A stretch of 64,000 nucleotides of DNA from Gemmatimonadaceae bacterium (GTDB lineage Bacteria; Gemmatimonadota; Gemmatimonadetes; Gemmatimonadales; Gemmatimonadaceae): assembly GCA_033763905.1 (NCBI GenBank), contig JANRJP010000044.1, positions 1-64,000 on the forward strand. Reading direction: 5' to 3'. The translations under genes were made by a program, and so were the position numbers. Within the stretch, counting starts at the first letter, position 1. Each line of letters begins with the position of its first letter. Under the pieces are notes generated by a model. That model did no database searches and was not told the origin of the DNA. It worked only from the letters and a program-made list of their open reading frames with translations. Positions 23,250 through 32,721 of this stretch are shown here, in pieces.

Positions 23250-24359
23250 ATGATGAAGCCCCCGTCGTTGACGATCGGCGTAGAGGAAGAGTACCAAATC
23301 ATCGATCCGCAGACCCGCGAGCTCAAGGCGTACATCACCGAGATTCTGGAGGCTGATCATCTGGTGTTGCGCCAGGTGAAGCCCGAACTGCACCAGTCGA
23401 TCGTCGAGGTCGGTACGACGGTGTGCCACACGCCGGCGGAAGTCCGTGAGCAGCTCATCACCCTACGCCGCGGCGTGATGGAGCTCGCGAGCCGCAAAGG
23501 ACTCAAGATCGCGGCGGCCGGCACCCACCCCTTCTCGCACTGGAAGGATCAGGCGATCACGCCGCTCGAACGCTACGTCGGCACGCGCGAGGCGATGCAG
23601 CAGCTCGCCGAGCAGCTACTGATCTTCGGCACGCACGTGCACATCGGCATCGAGGACAAGGACTTTCTGATCGATGCCGCCAACGTGGCACGCTACGTCC
23701 TGCCGCACCTGCTCTGCCTGTCGACGTCATCGCCCTTCTGGATCGGACGCAATACCGGCCTCAAGTCGTATCGCTCGGTCGTGTTCCGATCGTTTCCGCG
23801 CTCCGGCGTGCCGAGCATCATTCCGAGCTGGGCCGATTTCCAGTCGTACCTGGGCACGCTGATCACGACCGGCTGCATTCCCGATGGCTCGAAGATCTGG
23901 TGGGATGTGCGCCCGCACCACCTGTACCCGACACTGGAGTTCCGCATCTGCGACGTCTGCACCCGGGTGGATGAAGCGGTGTGCATTGCCGCGATCGTGC
24001 AGGCGCTGGTCTTCAAGCTCTGGAAGATGCGCCGCGACAATACCACGATGCGCGTCTATTCGTCGATGCTGATCGACGAGAACAAGTGGCGCGCGGTGCG
24101 CTACGGGCTCGACGGCAATCTGATCGACTTCGGCAAGCAGGTCGAGCTGCCCGCGCGGGTCCTGATTCGCGAGTTCATCGAGTGGTTCCTCGGCGACGTG
24201 CTCGACGAACTTGGCACGCGGAAGGAAGTCGAATACGCCTTCACGATTCTCGAGCAGGGATCGAGCGCGGATCGCCAACTCAAGGTCTTCAAGGAGACCG
24301 GCGATCTCAAAGCGGTCGTGGACCACCTGATTCGCGAGACCGAAGAAGGCGTCCTCTGA
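23250..24359 (+). CDS. YbdK-type carboxylate-amine ligase (GCS2)
   Basis: Motifs [45 protein letters not shown] and [10 protein letters not shown]. Confidence 0.92.
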   Translation: MMKPPSLTIGVEEEYQIIDPQTRELKAYITEILEADHLVLRQVKPELHQSIVEVGTTVCHTPAEVREQLITLRRGVMELASRKGLKIAAAGTHPFSHWKDQAITPLERYVGTREAMQQLAEQLLIFGTHVHIGIEDKDFLIDAANVARYVLPHLLCLSTSSPFWIGRNTGLKSYRSVVFRSFPRSGVPSIIPSWADFQSYLGTLITTGCIPDGSKIWWDVRPHHLYPTLEFRICDVCTRVDEAVCIAAIVQALVFKLWKMRRDNTTMRVYSSMLIDENKWRAVRYGLDGNLIDFGKQVELPARVLIREFIEWFLGDVLDELGTRKEVEYAFTILEQGSSADRQLKVFKETGDLKAVVDHLIRETEEGVL

Positions 24360-24438
24360 CGCCGGTTGCGTGACGGCGAACGCCGACGCTGTCGGCGTTT
24401 CCCTCTCGTTTTCGCGTCACGAATTCGTATCTTCCGGT

Positions 24439-25200
24439 ATGCCGGCGTATCGTCCTCTCATTGCCGTCACGACGCAGACGCTGCAGGCCATCGACGGAAT
24501 TCCGGCGGGCCTGCCCTCCTCGGTCGTGATGAACCAGCGGTACTACGAGGCGCTGACCCTCGTGCGTGCCGTGCCGATTCTCGTGCCGCTGCTCGACGAC
24601 GATGTCGAGACCTTGCGCGAGATCTTCGACCGCGTCGATGGTGTGATGATCCCCGGTGGGGTCGATATGGATCCCGCGACCTACGGCTCGGCGCCGCATC
24701 CGAAGCTCGGACGCATCGATCCGGCGCGCGACCGCACCGAGTTGCTCTTCGCCAAGTGGGCCGTCGCCGAACGCAAGCCCTACTTGGGCCTGTGCCGCGG
24801 GGCGCAGGTGCTGAACGTGGCCCAGGGAGGCACGCTCTGGCAGGACCTCGAGGACGAGTATCCGAACGCGATCAAGCACGACTACTTCCCGACCTACGGC
24901 TTCGAGCGCGAGCATCTCGCGCACGAGGTGAGCATCACGCAGGGCTCACGACTGCGCCACGCGGTGGAAGTGTCGTCGATGCCGGTGAACTCGATGCACC
25001 ATCAGGGCCTGCGCACGCTGGGCGACGGCCTAGCGGGAACGGCGATCGCTCCGGACGGACTCATCGAGGCGATCGAGCTGATGGACGATGCGTTCATCGT
25101 GGGCGTGCAGTGGCATCCGGAGGTCTTCGAGTTGACCGACCCCCACACGCGGCATCTGTTCCGCCAGTTCGTCGACGCGGCCGCGGCCTACCGGCGCTGA
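24439..25200 (+). CDS. Peptidase C26 / gamma-glutamyl-gamma-aminobutyrate hydrolase family
   Basis: Motifs PGGVD, LGLCRGAQ, VNSMHHQ and GVQWHPE. Confidence 0.92.
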   Translation: MPAYRPLIAVTTQTLQAIDGIPAGLPSSVVMNQRYYEALTLVRAVPILVPLLDDDVETLREIFDRVDGVMIPGGVDMDPATYGSAPHPKLGRIDPARDRTELLFAKWAVAERKPYLGLCRGAQVLNVAQGGTLWQDLEDEYPNAIKHDYFPTYGFEREHLAHEVSITQGSRLRHAVEVSSMPVNSMHHQGLRTLGDGLAGTAIAPDGLIEAIELMDDAFIVGVQWHPEVFELTDPHTRHLFRQFVDAAAAYRR

Positions 25201-25677
25201 CACACCCCCCGCGACGGCCACGTCGCGGGCCTTGGCACGCCGGACCAGCGCCAGCGTGGCGCAGGCCGCCGCGGTGCTCAGCAGCACGAACGGCCCGCCG
25301 ATGGCCGCGAGAATCTCGATCGTGCTGAGCGACGATCCTGCGCGACTCGCGAGCCCCAGCGCCTCCAGCACAAACGGGGTGGCGAGCACGAGGAGGCCGC
25401 CACCAGCGCCCCACAGCGCGAGTCGCCGCAGCGACAGCTCGTGCACCCGGCGGCCGCGCTCGGCGATCCCGACCAGCGCCGAGAAGAACACGCCGGCGAT
25501 GAAGCCGGGAATGGCGAGCGCCGGCAACGGCGCATCGAACACGCGGAAAAACGCGTCCCACGGCAACCAGGGGACGAGCCGACTCCCGACGCCGATCGCG
25601 ACGCCGGCCAGCGCCCAGGCCACCGCCCAGGTCACGCCGATACCAACCGCCCCGCGAAGGCGCTTGAGCCAGCCCAT
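25030..25677 (-). CDS. Hypothetical four-helix membrane protein
   Basis: MGWLKRLRGAVGIG followed by hydrophobic segments, with TACACT 6 nt upstream. The 3' end overlaps the C26 gene. Confidence 0.6.
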   Translation of the reverse strand: MGWLKRLRGAVGIGVTWAVAWALAGVAIGVGSRLVPWLPWDAFFRVFDAPLPALAIPGFIAGVFFSALVGIAERGRRVHELSLRRLALWGAGGGLLVLATPFVLEALGLASRAGSSLSTIEILAAIGGPFVLLSTAAACATLALVRRAKARDVAVAGGVSAPVGRGRVDELAEQMPRVGVGQLEDLRMPLHAHDERIVHQLDRLDESVRSDRRSR

Positions 25678-25777
25678 CCCGGGAGTGTAGTCGCGCTGCG
25701 CCGTCGAAGGCACCCGGCTCCCGCTCGACAGCACCGTCGCCTCGCGCGATACTGGAAGGTCCTCACCCACGCGACCG

Positions 25778-26329
25778 ATGCCGCCACGACGCGCTGCTGC
25801 ACACGACGCCCTCCTGCGCACGCTGCGCGAAAGATTCGACGCCCACCCCGAGCGGCACGACGGCGTGCGCTGGGACGATGTCGTCACGCGACTCACCGCC
25901 ACCCCAGCGGCGCTGGCCACCCTGGCGGCAATGGAAGAGACCGGTGGTGAGCCCGATGTCATCGGTCGGGACGCGCGCGGGGTCATCACGTTCTGCGATT
26001 GTGCGGCCGAGAGCCCAGCGGGGCGACGCAGTCTGTGCTTTGATCGCCCGGCCCTCGACGCACGCAAGGAGAACAAGCCCAAGGGATCGGCCCTCGAGAT
26101 GGCCGCCACGATCGGCATCACCCTGCTCGACGAGTCTGCGTACCGTCACCTCCAGACGCTCGGCCTCTTCGACCGGAAGACCTCGAGCTGGATCCAGACG
26201 CCGCCCGCCATCCGGAAACTCGGCGGCGCGCTCTTCGGGGATCGACGCTACGACCACGTATTCACCTACCACAACGGCGCCGAGTCGTACTACGCCGCGC
26301 GGGGCTTCCGGGGGCTGCTCCGCGTCTAG
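25778..26329 (+). CDS. DUF4256 family protein
   Basis: Motifs MEETGGEPDV, ESPAGRRSLCFD, KTSSW and YHNGAESYY. Confidence 0.85.
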   Translation: MPPRRAAAHDALLRTLRERFDAHPERHDGVRWDDVVTRLTATPAALATLAAMEETGGEPDVIGRDARGVITFCDCAAESPAGRRSLCFDRPALDARKENKPKGSALEMAATIGITLLDESAYRHLQTLGLFDRKTSSWIQTPPAIRKLGGALFGDRRYDHVFTYHNGAESYYAARGFRGLLRV

Positions 26330-26494
26330 CGGTCAATGCCGACGAGGCGACGGAGCAGCGTCGCTGCCTCGGCATCGGCCGGACACCACGAGGCTGTGGT
26401 TGGTGATTGATTGCGCCGCTGGTGTATCTGCTCGTCCGAAAGCCGCGCGCGTGACTCGACCCACGCGCGCGGCTCGCACCAACGGGTGTCCGGG

Positions 26495-27268
26495 TTACTG
26501 TTGCAGAATCATCGGCGCCTTGCCGTCGGTGATGATCACCTTCGCATTCGGCGACTTCGCCAATTCACGGAAGGCTTCGATCGACCGGAACTGGATGATC
26601 AGCGGCGAGAGCCCTTCGCCCAGCACCTTCTGCGCGTCGCGCTGCCCGCCAGCTTCAATCAGCTTGCGCTCGGCTTCCTGCTTCTCGCGCTGCAGGACGA
26701 ATTGCATTCGCAGGGCGTCCTGCTCGGCTTCGAGCTTCTCTTCGATCGCACGCGCCAAGCCCTGCGGCAGCGTGATGCTCTTGAGCAGCACACTCTCGAC
26801 GATGAAGCCGCGCCCCTCGAGCAACTGCATCATCTGATCGCGGATGGCCTTTTCGATCACCACCCGTTCGCCGGAGTGCAGGTCCTTCGCGTAGAAACGC
26901 GCGCTCACGTCGGCGGCCGCCGCGCGGAAGACCGGAATGATGACGACTTCCTCGTAGTCCGCTCCGGACTTGGCCAAAATCTCGCCGGCGTTCTTGGCAT
27001 CGATGCGATACAGGATCGAGATGTCCGCCTGCACGTTCACGCCTTCCTTCGCGGGGAGCGAGAGCCGCACTTCACGGTTGATCGTGCGGGCCGGCAGCTT
27101 GATGACGCTCTGGAAGCCCGGGAAGAACCCGATCGCGCCGGGATTCCGCGGCTGCGGATCAATCCGACCGAGCGTGCGCTTGATGCCGACCTGGTCCTGT
27201 CGGACCACGGCGCAGCCGGTCAGTAGCGGAACAGCGACGAGCAGGGCGAGCGGGCTGTAGCGGGACAT
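26495..27268 (-). CDS. SPFH/prohibitin family protein, lipoprotein-like
   Basis: LLTGC lipobox, band-7 core and coiled coil AIEEKLEAEQ...EKQEAERKLIEA. Confidence 0.88.
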   Translation of the reverse strand: MSRYSPLALLVAVPLLTGCAVVRQDQVGIKRTLGRIDPQPRNPGAIGFFPGFQSVIKLPARTINREVRLSLPAKEGVNVQADISILYRIDAKNAGEILAKSGADYEEVVIIPVFRAAAADVSARFYAKDLHSGERVVIEKAIRDQMMQLLEGRGFIVESVLLKSITLPQGLARAIEEKLEAEQDALRMQFVLQREKQEAERKLIEAGGQRDAQKVLGEGLSPLIIQFRSIEAFRELAKSPNAKVIITDGKAPMILQQ

Positions 27269-27296
27269 CTGGGGGGCCCTCCGGAGAAGTGGGAAT

Positions 27297-27327
27297 AAAT
27301 CGAAGTATTCGTCGAATACACCGATTT
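27297..27327. promoter_or_regulatory. AT-rich interrupted palindrome, putative operator
   Basis: AAATCG-aa-GTATTCG-t-CGAATAC-ac-CGATTT, about 30 nt upstream of the SPFH start. Confidence 0.45.
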
Positions 27328-27392
27328 TCTACCCTACCCGATCGGGGAGGTTCCGGGGCCGTCTTGGCCCGGTCCGTTCGATGGGTCGCCGA

Positions 27393-29783
27393 CTAGGGTC
27401 GCCCCAGGGAATCCCGCAGCGCCACGTACCGCCGCTGCTCCCGGAGCGGCGCCAGCACCGGATGCGGCAGGACCTGCAGCAGGGTGTTGTCCCGGAGGGC
27501 CACCGCCCGCTCGAGCAGCCCCAACGCCGCGGCCGTATCGCCGAGCGACATCTCCACCAGCGCGGTGAGCGACGGCAGGGCCCGGCGATCGTTGAAGGCG
27601 GCAAATGCACGCCCCGCCGCCCGTGCCTCCGCCGCCGCCGCCGGCGCCGGCGCGCGGTCGCCGCCCAAGACGTCGATCCAGCCTCGGCAATACGCCGGCG
27701 CACCGAAGGCCTCCTCGCAAATCGCTTTGGCGTCCGCCGCGCGTCCCGCCAGCGCGTACGCCGCCGTCATCCCGCGCAGAAAGGCCCGGTTCCCCGGACT
27801 CAGCGCCAAGGCCCGCTCGTTGGACGCCACGGCGCTGTCGGCCATCCCGCGCGCCCAGTACCACCACATCCGCTGATGCCAGACGATGGCTGCGAGGTTG
27901 TCGAGCCGCTTCGCGCGCTCCAACGCCCGGCCGGCCTCGTCCACGTTACCGAGTCCCATCAACACTTCGAAGCGCAGCACCCAGGCACTGAACTCGCTCG
28001 GATCGATCCTCGTGGCGCTGTCAAGTAGCGCAAGCGCCGGCCGCAGCCGAAGATCCGCTTCCGTCAGCACCCGCGCGCGCGCCACCAGTGCCGCGGGATT
28101 TCGCGCGTCCAGCGCCACCGCGCGCTCCGACGCGCGTCGCGCGGCCTCGTGCAGCGCGGCGCGCGTTGCGGTGGAGTCGAAATACACATAGCGGAGCAAC
28201 AGGGCGTCCGAGAGCCCTGCCCACGCCCGTGCAAACGTGGAATCGCGCGCGATCGCACGCGTGAACTCCTGCTCGGCGCGCCGGATGTTCGCCAAGCCCC
28301 GAGCGCGGAGCAGATGCCGCCCCAGCACTTCGGCGTCCCGCGCCTCGGCGTCGCGCGTCTCGGGCCGATACAGCCCGGCGCGCTCGGAGGTCCCGAGTTC
28401 CACCGACAGCCCGTCGGCGACGCGCGCGGCCACATCCGCTTGGACGCGGAACACGTCACCACTGGGCTCTTCGATTGCGTCGCAACAGGTCTGCGCCCCC
28501 GTCTCCACATCCACGAGGGCGGGCAGAATCCGGACGCGGGCGAGGCCGCTCCCCTGCTTTGCCCATTGCACGGACCCGGTGAGCACCCAGCGCGCCCCCA
28601 ACGCACGCGCGACTTCACGTGGCGTCAGGCGGTCCGTGCGCGGCACCTGCGTGCTGGCGCGCCCGAGCACCTGCACCCCGGGCACCCGGGCGAGGGTGCC
28701 GGCGATCTCATCCGTGACACCGGCCGCGAAATACGCCTCGGACGAATCGCCCAGATTCTCGAACGGCAACACCGCGATCGTTGGGGTCGGTGCCACCGGC
28801 GCGTGCGTGTAGCGCCACACACCGACGAAGCCCGCGATGCTCACCACCGCCGCGAGCGCGACCGCGCCAATTCCTGCCCGACCGCGCGCGGCGCGTGGCG
28901 CGTTGGTCCCATCACCGCCAGCGTGTCCACCCGACGGCGACGCGACCGCGGCCGACACCGCCGCGAGCAGCGCGGTGCCGTCGGCCGGGCGCGCGTCGGC
29001 CGACTTGGCCAGCGCCTGCAGCACGACGCGCGCGAGGGCGTGCGGCACCGACGGCGGCAACGGCGCGGGCGCCTCCTGCACGTGGGCACCCACCAGCGCC
29101 GCCGCGCCCTGGTGATGCGCAAAGGGATGTCGGCCGGCGAGGACTTCGTACGCGACGACGCCCCAGGCGTAGACATCGCTGCGCGCGTCGACCGTCTCGC
29201 CGAGGGCTTGCTCCGGCGCCATATACGCCGGCGTGCCCAGACTGATGCCCGCGTCGGTCAGCGTCGCCGCACGATCGCTGCCGGCATCGCCGACGCGCGC
29301 ATCGGCCAGGGCCTTCGCAATGCCGAAGTCGGTGACCACCGCCGCGCCGCCCGAGAGCAGAATGTTCTCCGGCTTGATGTCGCGGTGCACCACCCCGTGC
29401 TGGTGCGCGTAGGCCAGGGCGCGCGCCACATCGCGAAGCAGATCGATCGCCGTCGACGATGCGATCGGCCCGCGCGTCAGTAGATCGCGCAGGGACAGCC
29501 CGTCGACAAAGGGCATCACGTAGTACGGCGTCCCCAGCGCATCGCCGGCGGCGAGTACGGGGACGATGTTGGCTTGCTGCAAGCGCGCCGTGGTCTGCAC
29601 TTCGCGCGCGAATCGTTCGGCAGACACGACACCGCTCGCGCCGGCCTTGAGCAACTTGATCACCACATCGCGGCCGAGCGTGATGTCACTCGCTCGGAAC
29701 ACGCGGGACATCCCGCCGCCGGTCAGTTCGGTGTCGAGGCGGTAGGTCGGCTGCAGCGCAGCGGCAAGCGCGTCATCGGTCAC
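27393..29783 (-). CDS. Hanks Ser/Thr kinase with TM, TolB-like and TPR regions
   Basis: Motifs GGMSRV, VVIK, HRDIKPEN, DFG and GTPAYMAPEQ, then a TM helix, AVLPFENLG and helical repeats. Confidence 0.93.
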   Translation of the reverse strand: MTDDALAAALQPTYRLDTELTGGGMSRVFRASDITLGRDVVIKLLKAGASGVVSAERFAREVQTTARLQQANIVPVLAAGDALGTPYYVMPFVDGLSLRDLLTRGPIASSTAIDLLRDVARALAYAHQHGVVHRDIKPENILLSGGAAVVTDFGIAKALADARVGDAGSDRAATLTDAGISLGTPAYMAPEQALGETVDARSDVYAWGVVAYEVLAGRHPFAHHQGAAALVGAHVQEAPAPLPPSVPHALARVVLQALAKSADARPADGTALLAAVSAAVASPSGGHAGGDGTNAPRAARGRAGIGAVALAAVVSIAGFVGVWRYTHAPVAPTPTIAVLPFENLGDSSEAYFAAGVTDEIAGTLARVPGVQVLGRASTQVPRTDRLTPREVARALGARWVLTGSVQWAKQGSGLARVRILPALVDVETGAQTCCDAIEEPSGDVFRVQADVAARVADGLSVELGTSERAGLYRPETRDAEARDAEVLGRHLLRARGLANIRRAEQEFTRAIARDSTFARAWAGLSDALLLRYVYFDSTATRAALHEAARRASERAVALDARNPAALVARARVLTEADLRLRPALALLDSATRIDPSEFSAWVLRFEVLMGLGNVDEAGRALERAKRLDNLAAIVWHQRMWWYWARGMADSAVASNERALALSPGNRAFLRGMTAAYALAGRAADAKAICEEAFGAPAYCRGWIDVLGGDRAPAPAAAAEARAAGRAFAAFNDRRALPSLTALVEMSLGDTAAALGLLERAVALRDNTLLQVLPHPVLAPLREQRRYVALRDSLGRP

Positions 29784-29876
29784 GGCGCGGAAACTAGCCC
29801 GGCGCGCCCCGGTCGGTCATCCGGCAGGTGCCCCGCCCGATCGCGCATCGCGACCTGGAGGGGACGTCGCGGGCGT

Positions 29877-30215
29877 TCAGACGAGCGCGAGCGGGCCGTG
29901 GTCGTCGCAGTGGGCCCCGTGCGCGTGATGCAGGTGGCCGTCGACGAGATAGTCGATGTGATCACCGTGCGGCACCGCGGCGTGGCCGCAGGTCGGGCCG
30001 TGGACGTGACCGGCCTCGTGGCCCGAACACGTATGGTCCGGCGTGCAGGCCGCCGGGTTCGTGCTCGAGACGGGGATCACGTGTTCTTCGACGGCCGTCG
30101 CCGACTGATGATGCAGGTGTCCGTCGTGGAGGTAGTCCACGTGCCCATCGTGTCGAACGGCGACGTGGCCGCAATTGGCACCGTGGGTGTGGCTGTGGTT
30201 CGCGTGCGTGGTCAT
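29877..30215 (-). CDS. His-rich two-repeat metal-binding protein (112 aa)
   Basis: 25 His and 5 Cys, with a duplicated HxHGxxCGHxAVxHxxHxDYLxDGHLHH unit. Directly downstream of an ArsR/SmtB gene. Confidence 0.8.
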   Translation of the reverse strand: MTTHANHSHTHGANCGHVAVRHDGHVDYLHDGHLHHQSATAVEEHVIPVSSTNPAACTPDHTCSGHEAGHVHGPTCGHAAVPHGDHIDYLVDGHLHHAHGAHCDDHGPLALV

Positions 30216-30229
30216 CGGTGTGCCTCGGA

Positions 30230-30601
30230 TCAGGGAGTCCGCGCCGCCGAGTGGTCGGCGTGGTCGAGCACGGCGAGCAACAGGCTCGCCACGTGGCCAT
30301 CGGCAAGGGCGTAATGGATGTGCTTCCCATCGCGTCGCGAGACGACGAGCCCCTCGGTCCGCAGTCGGCCGAGGCGTTGTGAGACGGCGGGCATCGGGTC
30401 GCCGGTGACCGCCACCAAGTCCGACACGCACCGCTCTCCGCTGCTCAGCACTTCGAGCAGCCGCAGTCGCGCGGGGTCGCCGGCGGCGCGGAGCATTCCC
30501 GACGCCCGCGCGATGGCCATGGCAGGCCGCAGCGGCGGAACGGCGGGATGCTGGTGATCCGCCGGATCGCAGCCGGGGCGTGAGGTCGGACGATTCTTCA
30601 T
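30230..30601 (-). CDS. ArsR/SmtB metal-sensing repressor (alpha5 type)
   Basis: Motifs GDPARLRLL, ERCVSDL, AVSQRL and RRDGKHIHYAL. DGHVASLLLAVLDHADH fits DxH-x10-HxxH. Confidence 0.9.
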   Translation of the reverse strand: MKNRPTSRPGCDPADHQHPAVPPLRPAMAIARASGMLRAAGDPARLRLLEVLSSGERCVSDLVAVTGDPMPAVSQRLGRLRTEGLVVSRRDGKHIHYALADGHVASLLLAVLDHADHSAARTP

Positions 30602-30710
30602 TTCAAGAACTATGCAACTGTAGGCGCATCCCCGCCTGTCAGGGGACCCCTGATTCGGCTGCTCCGATGTCGACGCTGTAGTTTCGCGATACCCACTTCC
30701 ACCTCGACGA

Positions 30711-32030
30711 ATGCCTTCGATGCTCCGTTCGATCGCCCGAGCCGCGATGCTCGGCACCCCGTTGCTCACCGCGTCGGTGCGCGCCGCCGCGCAGGCGCCC
30801 ACGCCCGCGCCCACCGCCGCCCATCGCGCCCTGGCCGAACGCGTGCTCAAGTCCACCGCGTTGATCGACGGGCATAACGACCTGCCGTGGGCCATTCGTA
30901 ACGCGGTCACTCCCCGAGATATCGAGGCATACGACCTCCGCAAAAAGACCGCCGGACATACCGATTTGGCGCGCCTCGCGGCCGGTCGGGTCGGCGCGCA
31001 GTTCTGGTCGGTGTACATCCCCGGCGAGATTCGCGACTCGGGCTTCGCCCGCGTCCAGCTCGAGCAGATCGACATCGCCCGCCGCGTCATTGCCAAGTAT
31101 CCCGAGCGGCTCGAGTTCGTGACGACCGCCGCCGGCATCCGTCGCGCGTTCGCGGCCGGCAAGATCGGGTCGCTGCTCGGGATGGAAGGCGGCCACGCGA
31201 TCGAGAACTCGCTCGGCTCGCTCCGCGCGTTCTACGACTTGGGCGTGCGCTATATGACGCTCACGCACAACGTGCACCTCGACTGGGCCGACGCGGCCGC
31301 GGGCGCGCCGCGCCTCGGTGGGCTGTCGCCGTTCGGCAAGGAAGTCGTCCGAGAGATGAACCGGCTCGGGATGCTCGTCGACCTGTCGCACGTCTCGCCC
31401 GGCGTGATGAGCGACGCGCTCACCGTGAGCGAAGCCCCGGTGATTTTTTCGCACTCCAATGCGCGCGCGGTCACGGACGTCGGCCGCAACGTGCCGGACT
31501 CGATTCTCGTGCGCCTCAAGCAGAACGGCGGCGTGGTGATGGCCACGTTCGTCCCCGGCTTTGCCTCGCGCCGCATTGCGGAGCACAACGCACGCCGCGC
31601 GGCCGCGAACGCCGAGATTCGCGCGCGTCTCGCCAGTGACTCGGCGGCCATCCGTCGCGAGATCGCCGCCTGGGCCGCCGCCAATCCGGCCCCGCGCGCC
31701 GTGCTCGCCGATGTGGCTGACCACCTCGATCACATCAAGCGCGTCGCCGGGCCCGACCACGTCGGCATCGGCGGCGACTTCGACGGGATCGACACTGTCG
31801 TGGAAGGCCTCGAGGATGTGTCGACCTACCCGGCCTTGTTCGCCGAGCTCGCGCGCCGCGGCTGGACCGAGCGGGAGCTCAAGCAGCTGGCAGGTGAAAA
31901 CGTCTTGCGCGTGCTGGCTGGCGCCGAAGCCGTCGCCCGTCGCCTGCAGAAGTCCCGTCCGGCGTCGACCGCGACCATCTCGCAGTTGGATCCCGCCGGC
32001 GCCGCCAAGGCACCGGGCTCGCCGCGCTAA
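30711..32030 (+). CDS. Secreted membrane dipeptidase (M19)
   Basis: Signal peptide and motifs DGHNDLP, AQFWSVY, MEGGH, VDLSH, FSHS and GGDFDG. Confidence 0.93.
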   Translation: MPSMLRSIARAAMLGTPLLTASVRAAAQAPTPAPTAAHRALAERVLKSTALIDGHNDLPWAIRNAVTPRDIEAYDLRKKTAGHTDLARLAAGRVGAQFWSVYIPGEIRDSGFARVQLEQIDIARRVIAKYPERLEFVTTAAGIRRAFAAGKIGSLLGMEGGHAIENSLGSLRAFYDLGVRYMTLTHNVHLDWADAAAGAPRLGGLSPFGKEVVREMNRLGMLVDLSHVSPGVMSDALTVSEAPVIFSHSNARAVTDVGRNVPDSILVRLKQNGGVVMATFVPGFASRRIAEHNARRAAANAEIRARLASDSAAIRREIAAWAAANPAPRAVLADVADHLDHIKRVAGPDHVGIGGDFDGIDTVVEGLEDVSTYPALFAELARRGWTERELKQLAGENVLRVLAGAEAVARRLQKSRPASTATISQLDPAGAAKAPGSPR

Positions 32031-32031
32031 C

Positions 32032-32631
32032 TCACGCGGCGGGTGGGGATGGTGGCGTTCGACGGCTCCACGCGAACGCCACCATCCCGATCGACACGAC
32101 GGCACCCACCGTGACATCGCTCAGCCAGTGCGCTTCGGCCAGCACGCGGCTCAAGCCACAGCCCGTCGCGAGCGCATACCACACCCAGCGACCCTCCGGA
32201 AAGATCCGCGCCAGCGCCGCCGCTGCACCGAACGCCACCATCGTGTGGCTCGACGGCAAACCAAGCCCAGACGTGCTCCACAGCCGGTCGTCGAAGGCGC
32301 GGAAGACATAGTCAGCGCCGATGGCACCGGGCCGCTCGCGACGAAAGATGAGCTTGAGCACCTCCGCCGCCGCGCCGGTCGCGATCGGCGCGAGCGCTAG
32401 CCACGCGGCGCGACGTCCACCCCGGGCAGCGGCGCGGTCGTGGAGCCAGAGCGCCAGCGCCGCCAGCAACCACGTCGGCACGTAGCCCATCACCCGCAGC
32501 AACCGGCCGAAGTCCCCGTCGTAAATGCGCGGTCGCACCAGCGTCGCGCGGGCCCAGGGGTCGAGCAGCAGCGCGGCGATAATCGCCACTGCGGCGAGTC
32601 CCAAGGCCATCCAGAGTCGAGTGCGAGGCAT
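32032..32631 (-). CDS. PAP2-family phosphatase
   Basis: Motifs KLIFRRERP, PSSH and SRVLAEAHWLSD. Confidence 0.88.
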   Translation of the reverse strand: MPRTRLWMALGLAAVAIIAALLLDPWARATLVRPRIYDGDFGRLLRVMGYVPTWLLAALALWLHDRAAARGGRRAAWLALAPIATGAAAEVLKLIFRRERPGAIGADYVFRAFDDRLWSTSGLGLPSSHTMVAFGAAAALARIFPEGRWVWYALATGCGLSRVLAEAHWLSDVTVGAVVSIGMVAFAWSRRTPPSPPAA

Positions 32632-32721
32632 CGCGACAAAACTACACGCGGCGCTCGATGTGGCGCCGCCTGAGGCCGATCGCACCCGTGACAAGCGCGA
32701 TTCGGCCGGTATTCTACCCTG

